A stretch of 64,000 bases of DNA, from assembly GCA_035501395.1 (NCBI GenBank), contig DATJWK010000020.1, positions 3,851-67,850 of the forward strand, given 5' to 3'. The notes below the pieces were generated by a model. It was not told where the DNA came from and did no database searches. It saw only the letters and a program-made list of their open reading frames with translations. The stretch is from Puia sp. Lineage in GTDB: Bacteria > Bacteroidota > Bacteroidia > Chitinophagales > Chitinophagaceae. Positions 10,708 to 20,591 of this stretch are shown one piece after another. The first letter of the stretch is position 1, and every line of letters starts with the position of its first letter. A program made the position numbers and the translations under genes.

Positions 10708-10721
10708 TGTAAACGATTGCC
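10708..10721. promoter_or_regulatory. LacI-type operator 2 (TGTAAACGATTGCC)
   Basis: Second near-match, abutting the lacI ATG. Confidence 0.65.
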
Positions 10722-11762
10722 ATGAGCTACCAGAAAGAAGTTACTATTTATGATTTAGCCCGAAGGCTTGACCTCTCTATCGCAACCGTCAGCCGGGCAT
10801 TGAAGGACGACCCCGTTGTAAGCAAAAAGACAAAGAAACGGATCTCGGATCTCGCCCAGGAGCTGGGGTACCGTAGCAATCATTTTGCCCGTAATTTGCG
10901 CACCCGTCGAACGATGACGATCGGCGTGATCATTCCGCGTATCAACAGTTATTTCATGTCCGCCGTGATCGCCGGGATGGAAAACATCGCCAATCATGAA
11001 GGCTATAACCTTATTATCAGCCAATCCTCCGAATCAGTGGAAAAGGAGCGCGCCAACGCCACTACCCTTTTTAACAACCGGGTAGACGGTTTGCTGGTTT
11101 CGCTCGCCTACGATACCACCAACCTGCTTCATTTCGAGCCTTTTTTTTCAAAGAAGATCCCGCTTATCTTCTTCGATCGTGTCGCCGAGCACAAGGATTG
11201 CACTTGTATTTTGATCGACAATCAAAAGGCCGCCTATGACGCCACCACCCATCTCATTAGTCTTGGACGGCGCAGGATCGTTCATATCACCGCCCCTTCC
11301 CGGCGAAACGTATACACCGACCGGCTGAAGGGCTATAAGGAAGCGCTTGCCGATAATCACATCGCCTATCGGGAAGATTACGTCATTGCCGGCAACCTTA
11401 GCCAGGAAGCCGGCGCCGAAGCTGCCGCCCAGATTCGTGGCATGTCACCGCTGCCGGACGCTGTATTTGTAGCCAACGACAATTGCGCGGTTGGTTGTAT
11501 GGTGGCCATCCGCCAGATGGGGATTCGGATACCCGGCGACATCGCATTCGTTGGTTTTAACAACGATCCCGTAACCACGGTGGTCGAACCGAATCTCACC
11601 ACGATCAGTTATCCTGGTTATGAGATGGGTCAGCTAGCGGCACGCAGCCTTATTGAACATCTGAACGGTACATCCAACATTCATTCGACCAATACCATCC
11701 TTCTTCGTTCCGAACTGATCGTCCGCGACTCGTCGGCCGAAAAAAAACCCGCTGCGTCATGA
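10722..11762 (+). CDS. LacI family transcriptional regulator
   Basis: N-terminal HTH VTIYDLARRLDLSIATVSRAL, hinge YRSNHFARNL, periplasmic-binding-like domain. Confidence 0.95.
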   Translation: MSYQKEVTIYDLARRLDLSIATVSRALKDDPVVSKKTKKRISDLAQELGYRSNHFARNLRTRRTMTIGVIIPRINSYFMSAVIAGMENIANHEGYNLIISQSSESVEKERANATTLFNNRVDGLLVSLAYDTTNLLHFEPFFSKKIPLIFFDRVAEHKDCTCILIDNQKAAYDATTHLISLGRRRIVHITAPSRRNVYTDRLKGYKEALADNHIAYREDYVIAGNLSQEAGAEAAAQIRGMSPLPDAVFVANDNCAVGCMVAIRQMGIRIPGDIAFVGFNNDPVTTVVEPNLTTISYPGYEMGQLAARSLIEHLNGTSNIHSTNTILLRSELIVRDSSAEKKPAAS

Positions 11763-13864
11763 GAACGGCTGCGTTGATCCTGCTATTACTCGGCAGGCTG
11801 GGCGCTACTCAAGCAGAAAATGGCTATCGGCTGTGGCTGCGTTACGACCGCATCGAAGATCAGCGCTTACTTCGCGAATACCGGCTGGCTATTCCGTCTC
11901 TTGATTTTCCCGGTTCCGACCCCATCATCAGCGCTGCGCGAACCGAGCTGCTCAATGGCCTCCAGGGTCTTTTCGGTGAACCCGGCTGGCTTCCTTCGGT
12001 GAATGGCGTCGTCATCATTGGTACACCGGCAAGCTCGCCGTTCGTGGCTCAATTGCCCGGCGCAGATACGCTTTCGCGGCTCGGCGACGAAGGCTTTACC
12101 ATTCGGGAGATGAACCTGAAGGGCCGATACCATCTTGTAATCGCGGCCTTTACCAGTAAAGGTATCCTATACGGGGTCTTCCGTTTTCTCCGGGTCCTTC
12201 AGACGCATCAGCCGCTTAGGAACCTGAATATCTCGGAGGCTCCCGCCTATCGGTACCGTATCCTCGACCATTGGGACAATCTGAACCGGGTCGTCGAGCG
12301 GGGATATGCCGGGCTCTCGCTTTGGGATTGGTGGACTCTGCCCGCATATCGTGATCCACGGTATGCAGACTATGCGAGGGCAAATGCATCGGTAGGAATT
12401 AACGGGACGGTACTGAATAACGTAAATGCCAGTCCGATCATCCTCCTGCCGGAATGGTTGAGTAAGGCTGCGGCACTGGCGGATATTTTCCGGCCTTATG
12501 GTATCCGCGTCTATCTCTCGGTAAAATGGAGCTCGCCTATCGAGATCGGCGGGCTAAAGACGGCCGATCCCCTTGACACAGCTGTCCGGAGGTGGTGGAA
12601 AGATAAAGTAGCGGAGATCTATCGGTATATCCCCGACTTTGGCGGGCTGCTTGTCAAAGCCAACTCGGAAGGACAGCCCGGCCCGCAAAATTATGGAAGG
12701 ACCCATGCGGACGGCGCCAATATGCTAGCGGCTGCGATCGCCCCCTATCATGGGATCGTGATCTGGCGGGCTTTTGTTTACAGCACATCCGGTGAGGACA
12801 GGGCAAAACAGGCGTATGATGAGTTTAAGCCGCTTGACGGCCGCTTTTCGGCAAATGTCCTTGTACAAATAAAGAACGGTCCCATCGACTTTCAGCCGCG
12901 TGAACCTTTTCATCCGTTGTTTGGCGCTATGCCGCGTACGCCGCTTCTGCTTGAGGTGCAGCTGACCCAGGAGTATCTTGGTTTTTCAAACCACCTTGTC
13001 TATCTCGCGCCGTTGTTCGCAGAATGCCTGAATGCCGATACGCATACACAGGGCACAGGACCCGTGGTAGCGTCGACGATTTCCGGCATCGCAGGCGTCG
13101 CCAATACCGGCAATGACATTAATTGGTGCGGTCATCCCTTTGCTGCTGCCAACTGGTATGCCTTTGGCCGGCTGGCATGGAATCCCCGGACAGCCGCCGC
13201 TGAAATCGCGGATGACTGGATCCGCCAGACATTCACCAATGACCCCGGGTTTGTCGCGCCCGTCAGCCGGATGATGCTGGCTTCCCGGGAGATTGCGGTC
13301 GATTACATGACACCGCTGGGGCTTCATCACATCATGGGGTATGGGCATCATTATGGCCCCGCGCCGTGGTATGACAAGGCTCCCCGCGCAGATTGGAACC
13401 CGGTATACTTTCACCGCGCGGACAGCGTAGGTCTCGGATTTGACCGGACGGTAACGGGCTCCAATGCGCTGGAGCAGTATGCCCCGGGCGCCCGTTCGCT
13501 GTGGGAAGACGCGCGGACCTGCCCGGATACCTGGCTGCTCTGGTTTCACCATGTACCGTGGAACTGGCGGATGCATTCGGGCCGGACACTCTGGGAGGAA
13601 CTCTGTTACCGGTATTATGCGGGTGTTGATTCGGTCCGCTGGATGCAGCGGACATGGGATTCGCTCCGGGGCCGGATCGACGAGGAGCGCTGGTCGCAGG
13701 TCTCCATGCTGCTGGGGATCCAGGAGCATGACGCCGTCTGGTGGCGAAATGCCTGCCTGCTGTATTTTCAGACTTTTTCACGCCTGCCGCTGCCCCCGGG
13801 TCGTGAGGTCCCGGACCATACCCTGAGTGACTACGAAAATATTCAGCTATATTTTGCACCATGA
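11759..13864 (+). CDS. GH67 alpha-glucuronidase
   Basis: ENGYRLWLRY, RILDHWDN, GINGTVLNNVNA, VKANSEGQPGP, KNGPIDFQPREP, TQEYLG. Confidence 0.95.
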   Translation: MRTAALILLLLGRLGATQAENGYRLWLRYDRIEDQRLLREYRLAIPSLDFPGSDPIISAARTELLNGLQGLFGEPGWLPSVNGVVIIGTPASSPFVAQLPGADTLSRLGDEGFTIREMNLKGRYHLVIAAFTSKGILYGVFRFLRVLQTHQPLRNLNISEAPAYRYRILDHWDNLNRVVERGYAGLSLWDWWTLPAYRDPRYADYARANASVGINGTVLNNVNASPIILLPEWLSKAAALADIFRPYGIRVYLSVKWSSPIEIGGLKTADPLDTAVRRWWKDKVAEIYRYIPDFGGLLVKANSEGQPGPQNYGRTHADGANMLAAAIAPYHGIVIWRAFVYSTSGEDRAKQAYDEFKPLDGRFSANVLVQIKNGPIDFQPREPFHPLFGAMPRTPLLLEVQLTQEYLGFSNHLVYLAPLFAECLNADTHTQGTGPVVASTISGIAGVANTGNDINWCGHPFAAANWYAFGRLAWNPRTAAAEIADDWIRQTFTNDPGFVAPVSRMMLASREIAVDYMTPLGLHHIMGYGHHYGPAPWYDKAPRADWNPVYFHRADSVGLGFDRTVTGSNALEQYAPGARSLWEDARTCPDTWLLWFHHVPWNWRMHSGRTLWEELCYRYYAGVDSVRWMQRTWDSLRGRIDEERWSQVSMLLGIQEHDAVWWRNACLLYFQTFSRLPLPPGREVPDHTLSDYENIQLYFAP

Positions 13865-14604
13865 AAATGAAACGAACAGCCATCATCACCGGCGGCGGCT
13901 CCGGAATCGGCCTGGCCATCGCGGATCGCTTTGTTGCCGCGGGTATCTGCACCATTATTATCGGTCGCGACCCGCAGAAACTGGCGACAGCCAGCGAGCA
14001 GCTGGGGGAAGATTGTCATCCGGTCGCGCACGATCTGAACGATCTTCCTTCCTTGCCCGGTCTTGTCGGTCAACTGGTCACTCGATTCGGTCAGATCGAT
14101 ATCCTCGTCAACAACGCCGGGATCAACCTGAAAAAGGAATTCACGGACGTGACCGACGAAGAATTCGACTATATCCTTCACACCAATGTAAAGGCGGTAT
14201 TCGCCTTGTCGAGGGAAGTGGTCAAGACGATGCTGCCCCGCCGGATGGGCCATATCATCCATATCAGCAGCATGGCTTCCCAATATGGTATCCCCAAGGT
14301 GATCGCTTATACGGCATCCAAAGCTGCTATAGAAGGGATGACGAGGGCGATGGCTGTAGAACTTTCCCCTGATGGCATCCTCGTCAATTGCATCGCACCT
14401 GGGTTTATCGCCACGGATATGTCGGCCAGGGCGCTGAATAGTGATCCGGAGCGCCGGCAAAAGGTATTTGCCCGGACGCCGATGGGCAGACTGGGTGAGC
14501 CGGCCGAAGTCGCTGATGCAGCGCTTTTCCTGGCGTCCGATCAGGCCAGCTATCTCACCGGTGTGGTGCTGCCGGTCGACGGCGGCAATTCCATCGGCTT
14601 TTGA
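13861..14604 (+). CDS. SDR family oxidoreductase (sugar-acid dehydrogenase-like)
   Basis: TGGGSGIG, NNAG, YTASK catalytic motif. Confidence 0.9.
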   Translation: MKMKRTAIITGGGSGIGLAIADRFVAAGICTIIIGRDPQKLATASEQLGEDCHPVAHDLNDLPSLPGLVGQLVTRFGQIDILVNNAGINLKKEFTDVTDEEFDYILHTNVKAVFALSREVVKTMLPRRMGHIIHISSMASQYGIPKVIAYTASKAAIEGMTRAMAVELSPDGILVNCIAPGFIATDMSARALNSDPERRQKVFARTPMGRLGEPAEVADAALFLASDQASYLTGVVLPVDGGNSIGF

Positions 14605-14615
14605 ATTTTCATCGT

Positions 14616-15722
14616 ATGAAGCGATCTTTTTTCTGCCTACTGTATGTACTTATCGCATTGCCCGCCTTGTCCCGGGACATGGCTGCCGAAAGGCGTGAAG
14701 ATACAATTGGCAAGGGTCTCAAAGACTATTACCGCGATTATTTCCCCGTTGGCGTTGCCGTCGGCGGCCGCTCGGTTTTCGGGCCGGATACGGCGCTGAT
14801 CATAAAGGAATTCAATAGCGTGACGCCGGAAAACGCAATGAAAATGGGGCCGATACACCCTCAGGAAAACCGTTACAACTGGAAGGAAGCCGACGCAATC
14901 GTTGATTTTGCCACCACACACGGGATGCGTATCCGTGGTCATAACCTTTGTTGGCATGAACAGACACCCGCATGGCTTTTTGTCGACTCCGTGGGGGACA
15001 CGGTCAGCAAGGCCATTTTGCTAAAACGGTTAAGGGAGCACATCACAGCCGTGGTCAGCCGTTACAAGGGCCGCATCTACGCCTGGGATGCCGTCAACGA
15101 AGCCGTCGCTGACGAAAACAGCGATGACACCACCAGGGTCCTCCGCAACTCTCCGTGGTACCGGATCTGCGGCGACGAATTCGTCGCCAGGGCATTTGAA
15201 TTTGCGCATGCCGCCGACCCGGAGGCCCAGTTGTTCTACAATGACTACAATACGGAGCGGCCGGAGAAGCGGGAGCGGGTTTATCGTTTGCTCAGGAAGC
15301 TCGTGGCGGCCGGCGTACCCATCACGGGAGTCGGTATCCAGGCTCACTGGTCTATCTACGAGCCGTCGGCAACGGACCTGCGCGCGTCGATCGACCGATT
15401 CTCCAGCCTCGGGCTAAAAGTGCAGATCACGGAACTGGACATTTCAATCTACCCCTGGGAAAAGAACCGGCGGGCGCGCAGGCCGGGGGATTCGGATGAC
15501 TATACGCCCGAACTGCAGCAGCGCCAGACGGAGCAGTATAAGAATGTATTTGGCATTTTTCGCGATTATAAAGGAATTATCAACGGCGTGACCTTCTGGA
15601 ATATCACCGACAAACATACCTGGCTGGATAATTACCCGGTACCGGGGAGAAAAAATTATCCGCTTCTATTTGACACGGCGGGACAACGGAAAAAAGCCTA
15701 TTGGGAGGTGGTTCATTTTTAA
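14616..15722 (+). CDS. GH10 endo-1,4-beta-xylanase
   Basis: TPENAMK, RGHNLCWH, WDAVNEA (acid/base), YNDYN, ITELD (nucleophile); signal peptide. Confidence 0.95.
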   Translation: MKRSFFCLLYVLIALPALSRDMAAERREDTIGKGLKDYYRDYFPVGVAVGGRSVFGPDTALIIKEFNSVTPENAMKMGPIHPQENRYNWKEADAIVDFATTHGMRIRGHNLCWHEQTPAWLFVDSVGDTVSKAILLKRLREHITAVVSRYKGRIYAWDAVNEAVADENSDDTTRVLRNSPWYRICGDEFVARAFEFAHAADPEAQLFYNDYNTERPEKRERVYRLLRKLVAAGVPITGVGIQAHWSIYEPSATDLRASIDRFSSLGLKVQITELDISIYPWEKNRRARRPGDSDDYTPELQQRQTEQYKNVFGIFRDYKGIINGVTFWNITDKHTWLDNYPVPGRKNYPLLFDTAGQRKKAYWEVVHF

Positions 15723-15924
15723 TTATTTCCCGTAACTTTAATGGGAGAGAGAATTCCCTGCGTCAGGGACTTTGCTGTCCGCCATTCAAAACGATTGCTT
15801 GTGACTCCCCGGGGATCTTCAACGCCCGGGGGGTTCCACTGTCTGTGGTTCTACCGTTTGTCCGAATTTACCACTCGCGAACAGCCAAACTTCCTACCTT
15901 CCTGCCGAACAAATTATTCGGCGT

Positions 15925-17835
15925 ATGTCACGTTTCAACATGGTTGTCCTGCTTGTCGGATTAATGAGTCATCCGGCTTTTTGCCAACCACTTTATGTTC
16001 CCCGCGATGTCCAGCGCGCCTATCAAAAGGGGACCCGCTCCGCCGATGGGCGGCCCGGTCCGAACTACTGGCAGAACAGCGGCCGGTATGACATCAGCAT
16101 CGAGGCCTCACCGCCGGATCGGTTGGTCCGCGGATCGGAAAAAATCACTTATTTCAACAACAGCCCGGACACCTTACGGATCATCGTCTTCCGGCTGACC
16201 ATCAATGTCCACAAACCAGGGGCGGTTCGATTGGGTACGGAGGATTCCAGTTATCTCAACCCCGGGATCCACATAGACAGCTATGCGGAGAACGGGCAAC
16301 CGAGACCCTGGCGAAATCAGGAGTTTGACGGCACCTGGAGAAATATCCGGCTTGCCAACCCGCTCCTCCCGCACGATTCTCTTCGTCTTGATGTCAGTTG
16401 GCATTACGTCGCTTCCCTAAAGAGCAACAGGGAGGGGATGATTGATTCCACGTCCTGGTTTCTCGCCTATTCATACCCGCGCGTCGCCGTGTATGACGAC
16501 TACAACGGATGGGACCGGATGGATTTCACGGATACGCAGGAATTCTACAATGATTTTAACGACTATGTCCTTCATGTCCGTGTCCCGAAAAACTTTGTCG
16601 TTTGGGCAACCGGCGATCTGCTCAATCCCGATGAGGTGCTGCAACAGCCCTATGCCAAACAACTGGCCGCTTCGTATCGTTCAGATGCGATCACCCGGAT
16701 AGCCTCACCCGCGGACATTTCCGGCGGGTCGGTAACCGCGCAGCAGGCGGTCAATACATGGACCTGGCAAGCAAACCATATCACGGATATGACTTTTGCC
16801 ATAAGCAACCATTTCGCCTGGGATGCTTCGAGCGTGGTGGTCGATGACGGGACCGGACGCCGCGCCAGCGTGCAAGCGGCGTATAATGACACGGCCCGGG
16901 ACTATCACCGTATGGTCGAGATCGGGCGGCACGCGCTCGACTGGCTTTCACATAACTGGCCGGGTGTCTCCTATCCTTTCCCAAAAACGACGATCGTTCA
17001 GGGCTACGCCGATATGGAATACCCGATGATGGTCAATGACAATACGACGGAAGACTTCAATTTTTCCCGTTTTGTAGCCGAACATGAGATCGCGCACAGC
17101 TGGTTTCCATTTTACATGGGTATCAATGAATCAAGATATGGGTTTATGGATGAGGGATGGGCAACGACCTTCGAGCTACTGATCAGCCAGGCCGATCTCG
17201 GCAAGGACAAGGCCGAAGACAATTATAAAAACTTCCGGATCAACTATTATACATATGATCCTTCCGCGGAAGAAGATATTCCGATCATTACACCGGCGAA
17301 TGCGCTGAAAGGTATTGCATATGGAACAAATGCCTATGGCAAACCTTCATTGGCATATCTGGCCGTCAAGGACATGCTTGGTGATGAATTGTTTCGCAAA
17401 TGTCTGCATACGTATATGGATAGATGGAATGGCCGTCATCCGATACCCTGGGACTTCTTTTATTCCTTTAATGACGCCGCCGGCAAGGATCTGGACTGGT
17501 TCTGGAATAATTGGTTTTTTACCACTAATTATCTTGATATCGGGATCGACTCGGTGTCACCGGCCAAATTCGCCATCGGCAACCAATTTCATACGGGCGT
17601 AAATATTTATATCAAGAACCCGGGCGGCTTTGCGATTCCCTTTGATATTGTGTTGCACTATACGGACGGAAGCTCGTCCAGTGAACACCTTAAGCCGGAT
17701 GTCTGGCAACATGATCAGCGGCGGGTCGCAGTCATAGTTGATGTGCAAAAGGCGAAAACACTCGTGTCCGTGCAGCTAAGAACGGGCATCTACGTGGATG
17801 CAAATCCGAAAGACAATGTTTGGAAGGCGAATTAG
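15925..17835 (+). CDS. M1 family metallopeptidase, secreted
   Basis: ADMEYP, then HEIAH with the third ligand in MDEG; signal peptide. Confidence 0.9.
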   Translation: MSRFNMVVLLVGLMSHPAFCQPLYVPRDVQRAYQKGTRSADGRPGPNYWQNSGRYDISIEASPPDRLVRGSEKITYFNNSPDTLRIIVFRLTINVHKPGAVRLGTEDSSYLNPGIHIDSYAENGQPRPWRNQEFDGTWRNIRLANPLLPHDSLRLDVSWHYVASLKSNREGMIDSTSWFLAYSYPRVAVYDDYNGWDRMDFTDTQEFYNDFNDYVLHVRVPKNFVVWATGDLLNPDEVLQQPYAKQLAASYRSDAITRIASPADISGGSVTAQQAVNTWTWQANHITDMTFAISNHFAWDASSVVVDDGTGRRASVQAAYNDTARDYHRMVEIGRHALDWLSHNWPGVSYPFPKTTIVQGYADMEYPMMVNDNTTEDFNFSRFVAEHEIAHSWFPFYMGINESRYGFMDEGWATTFELLISQADLGKDKAEDNYKNFRINYYTYDPSAEEDIPIITPANALKGIAYGTNAYGKPSLAYLAVKDMLGDELFRKCLHTYMDRWNGRHPIPWDFFYSFNDAAGKDLDWFWNNWFFTTNYLDIGIDSVSPAKFAIGNQFHTGVNIYIKNPGGFAIPFDIVLHYTDGSSSSEHLKPDVWQHDQRRVAVIVDVQKAKTLVSVQLRTGIYVDANPKDNVWKAN

Positions 17836-18251
17836 AAATTCATTTCCTCTATAACGGGAGGGGCATTGAAATTACTGTAGCGGATCCAGGATGGCCGGAT
17901 GACAAAATGCGTCAACCCTGCCCATTCCGCCGCGCGTTGCCTGCCGTCCGGAAAGACCGAATAGTACGTCTCCTTGTATTCAGCGCCCTCGCCGGACAAC
18001 AATTCGATGGCCCTGCCTTCATATTGGACGGAGGTTTCGTGGGACCAGCCGATCACGAGTGCTACTCGCGGATTGGCGCAGAGATTGCTGTATTTGCGGG
18101 AACTCCGAACCGTGTCGAAAACGATCTCCAGCCCGGGCGTTACGGCAAACCCTACGAGAGCAGCCTGAGGCTGGTTCGCATCGCCGGCAAGTGTGGCCAG
18201 AACGGCCAGCTGATGTCGGCGCAGGAAGGAATAGCAAAATTCTTTGGTCAT
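17832..18251 (-). CDS. Pyridoxamine 5'-phosphate oxidase-like FMN-binding split-barrel protein
   Basis: LAVLAT, PQAALV, SRKYSNLCANPRVALVI pattern. Confidence 0.75.
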   Translation of the reverse strand: MTKEFCYSFLRRHQLAVLATLAGDANQPQAALVGFAVTPGLEIVFDTVRSSRKYSNLCANPRVALVIGWSHETSVQYEGRAIELLSGEGAEYKETYYSVFPDGRQRAAEWAGLTHFVIRPSWIRYSNFNAPPVIEEMNF

Positions 18252-18302
18252 AGCTTTTGTATCCTTTTGAATATGATTAAATCCCGTGGTGACCGGCAGT
18301 GC

Positions 18303-19535
18303 CTAAACCGACAGTCTGAATTTTCGCTTCTCGAGCCATCCAGTCAGCATTACGATCAGGAGCGAAAAAAGCAGCGATTTCAGGAGGCCAATGTTTCCGG
18401 TGCGTAGCGATTCCGGCAACCGCCAGCTTTCCGGCAGCATTTTCAGGATGGAAAAATGGATATAGGTCAGCAGGTAACACATCAGCGTGCTGGTACCCGC
18501 TGGCCGGATCAGCGCGTACCAGGTTTGGCAACCACGCAGGTCTACCACATAAGCCAGTACAGAAAATACGATCATGCTGATGGCGGTACAGATCAGAACC
18601 CAGGATGGCGTGTCACCCAGCTTGGCGATTCCACCCAGGGGACGCAAGGCAAATCCCGCCGCCAGCAACAGGGGCGTCAGCAGCAGCATTCGCCAGAGAC
18701 TTTGGGCCGCCCGGCCACGCCCCGTCCAACGGCTATAGAAGACGGCGGTCAGTACTCCGGCCAGCGTGAAGGCAACAAGACCCCCGCCGTCGATAAACCA
18801 CATTCCTTCATGGTAGGTCATTATTTTCGATAGCCAGCCCGCGCTGTTTGCGATCGACAAACCGAGAAACAACAAAGCCGCAGCCGCCAGCGGCAGCAAG
18901 CGGTCCCCGATATACAGGTACAACAGTGCCCCGCAAAGATACGCCCAGCCGATCAGACCCAGGATACCGTACCAATGGGTCTTCATCCAGCTCGGATGTA
19001 TCGGTGTGCCTCCCTTATAGATGATCGCCAGAAAGATCAGCAACAGGATACCGACTGACCGGATCCGCCATTTCCCTGTGGCGGACCAATTGCCCGGAAA
19101 ATTGAACCAGATAAGGAAAAAAGCGATCGTCGCGATCAGCAGCCAGGCAAATTGACTGATCAAAGCGGCCCCGGTGGTATATTCTTCGTAGTTGACCGCG
19201 TAGACGCCCATGACCAGTAAGGCGAAGGAGCGGCTGAGGATGTGGCCAAACAACGCCTTTTTTGACATCCCTTTTGATTCCCATCGGCGAATGGCAAATG
19301 GAATGGAAAGGCCCACAATGAAAAGAAAGGCGGGGAACACGGTATCGGCCAGGCCCAGCCGATCCTCGCCTTCTGCGGCATGCTCCAGCCAGCGTGGGAC
19401 TTTTTCGTCGAGTATCAGGTCATTTACAAAGATCATCAGTAGCATCGTGATGGCGCGGAAGACGTCGATGGAAGCGAGGCGACGGGACCTTCCGCCGTTC
19501 ACGGGCCCCGGCGATGCGGAGGGGGAGATGGTCAT
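18303..19535 (-). CDS. DUF5009 / HGSNAT-like multi-pass membrane protein
   Basis: RLASIDVFRAITMLLMIFVN, LADTVFPAFLFIVGLSIP, GILGLIGWAY. Confidence 0.8.
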   Translation of the reverse strand: MTISPSASPGPVNGGRSRRLASIDVFRAITMLLMIFVNDLILDEKVPRWLEHAAEGEDRLGLADTVFPAFLFIVGLSIPFAIRRWESKGMSKKALFGHILSRSFALLVMGVYAVNYEEYTTGAALISQFAWLLIATIAFFLIWFNFPGNWSATGKWRIRSVGILLLIFLAIIYKGGTPIHPSWMKTHWYGILGLIGWAYLCGALLYLYIGDRLLPLAAAALLFLGLSIANSAGWLSKIMTYHEGMWFIDGGGLVAFTLAGVLTAVFYSRWTGRGRAAQSLWRMLLLTPLLLAAGFALRPLGGIAKLGDTPSWVLICTAISMIVFSVLAYVVDLRGCQTWYALIRPAGTSTLMCYLLTYIHFSILKMLPESWRLPESLRTGNIGLLKSLLFSLLIVMLTGWLEKRKFRLSV

Positions 19536-19541
19536 ATTGTA

Positions 19542-20525
19542 TCAGTTTGTCCAGTAATGAAGCCAATCGATCATCCGGCTCGTGTATCCATATTCGTTAT
19601 CGAACCAGGCGATGATCTTTACCAGCCTGCCCGCAGCCGAGGTCAGCGTTCCATCCACTACGCAAGAGTTCGTGTTGCCCTTTATATCCTGCGACACCAG
19701 GCCATCTTCGTTGAAACCTAGGATTCCCTTGTATGCATCCGCCGCCGCTTTCCGGAAAAGGTCGTTGATTTCGGCAGGATCGGCTTCCGAACGAAGTCCG
19801 ACGGTAAAATCGGCCATCGCCCCATTGGCTACGGGAACCCGGGTTGAGACGGTGGCGATGCGGCCCTTGATTGCAGGCATCAATCGTTCCAACGAGAAAG
19901 CAAGGTCTATCTCAACCGGGATGATCGATTCGGCTGCCGCGCGTCCCCTGCGGAACTGCCGGTTTGGCGCGTCGACCAATTCCTGCCGGGAAGTATAGGA
20001 ATGCAGGATGTTGACCTGCACCGATTCGATCCCGACCTTTTCCAATATATGAAGCAGGGGAGTAGAGCAATTGGTCATGCAACCGCCTGGCGAGAAGATA
20101 GTGATGTCCGTTGACAGCAAATGCTGGTTATATCCATAGATCAGCAGCGGGATATCCGCTGAACCGGTCGTTGACAGCATCACCTTCCTCGCGCCGGCTG
20201 ACAGGTGGATCGCAGCGCGCTCCTTGCTGGCAAACCGGCCTGTGCATTCCAGCACGACGTCAATATCCAATGCTGCCCAGGGAAGCAACGCGGGGTCTTC
20301 GCGACGATACACAGCGAAGGACCGAGCTCCAATAGTAAAGCAGCCTTTGCCGATCTCTAAGGGCTCCGGCAACGGGCCATAAATAGAATCGTAGCGCAAG
20401 AGGTAGGCCAGGTTGTCTTCCTCCATGACATCATTGACCGCTACCAATTCGATCCCCTTCAATCCCAGTAATCGCCTGGCAAGCAACCGACCTATCCGCC
20501 CCATCCCGTTTATTGCAATTCGCAT
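19542..20525 (-). CDS. Divergent type I GAPDH / erythrose-4-phosphate dehydrogenase-like protein
   Basis: RIAINGMGRIGR, VLECTG, GGCMTNC, LHSYT, RVP, WFDNEYGY. Confidence 0.85.
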   Translation of the reverse strand: MRIAINGMGRIGRLLARRLLGLKGIELVAVNDVMEEDNLAYLLRYDSIYGPLPEPLEIGKGCFTIGARSFAVYRREDPALLPWAALDIDVVLECTGRFASKERAAIHLSAGARKVMLSTTGSADIPLLIYGYNQHLLSTDITIFSPGGCMTNCSTPLLHILEKVGIESVQVNILHSYTSRQELVDAPNRQFRRGRAAAESIIPVEIDLAFSLERLMPAIKGRIATVSTRVPVANGAMADFTVGLRSEADPAEINDLFRKAAADAYKGILGFNEDGLVSQDIKGNTNSCVVDGTLTSAAGRLVKIIAWFDNEYGYTSRMIDWLHYWTN

Positions 20526-20531
20526 AAGATG

Positions 20532-20539
20532 CAAATATA
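20532..20539 (-). promoter_or_regulatory. -7 box TATATTTG, 6 nt upstream of the GAPDH-like ATG
   Basis: Exact TAnnTTTG match. Confidence 0.6.
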
Positions 20540-20567
20540 AAAAAAGCTGCCCTGGGATCAGGACAGC
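20538..20567 (-). terminator. Intrinsic terminator of the small lipoprotein gene
   Basis: GCTGTCCTG-ATCC-CAGGGCAGC followed by T7. Confidence 0.75.
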
Positions 20568-20591
20568 CTCTAACGATTGCTTGCCTAAAAA

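Noticed and set aside
15790-15800. AACGATTGCTT shared with 20572-20582 and resembling the LacI operator half-site
   Set aside because: Lacks the TGT left arm; compatible with chance.
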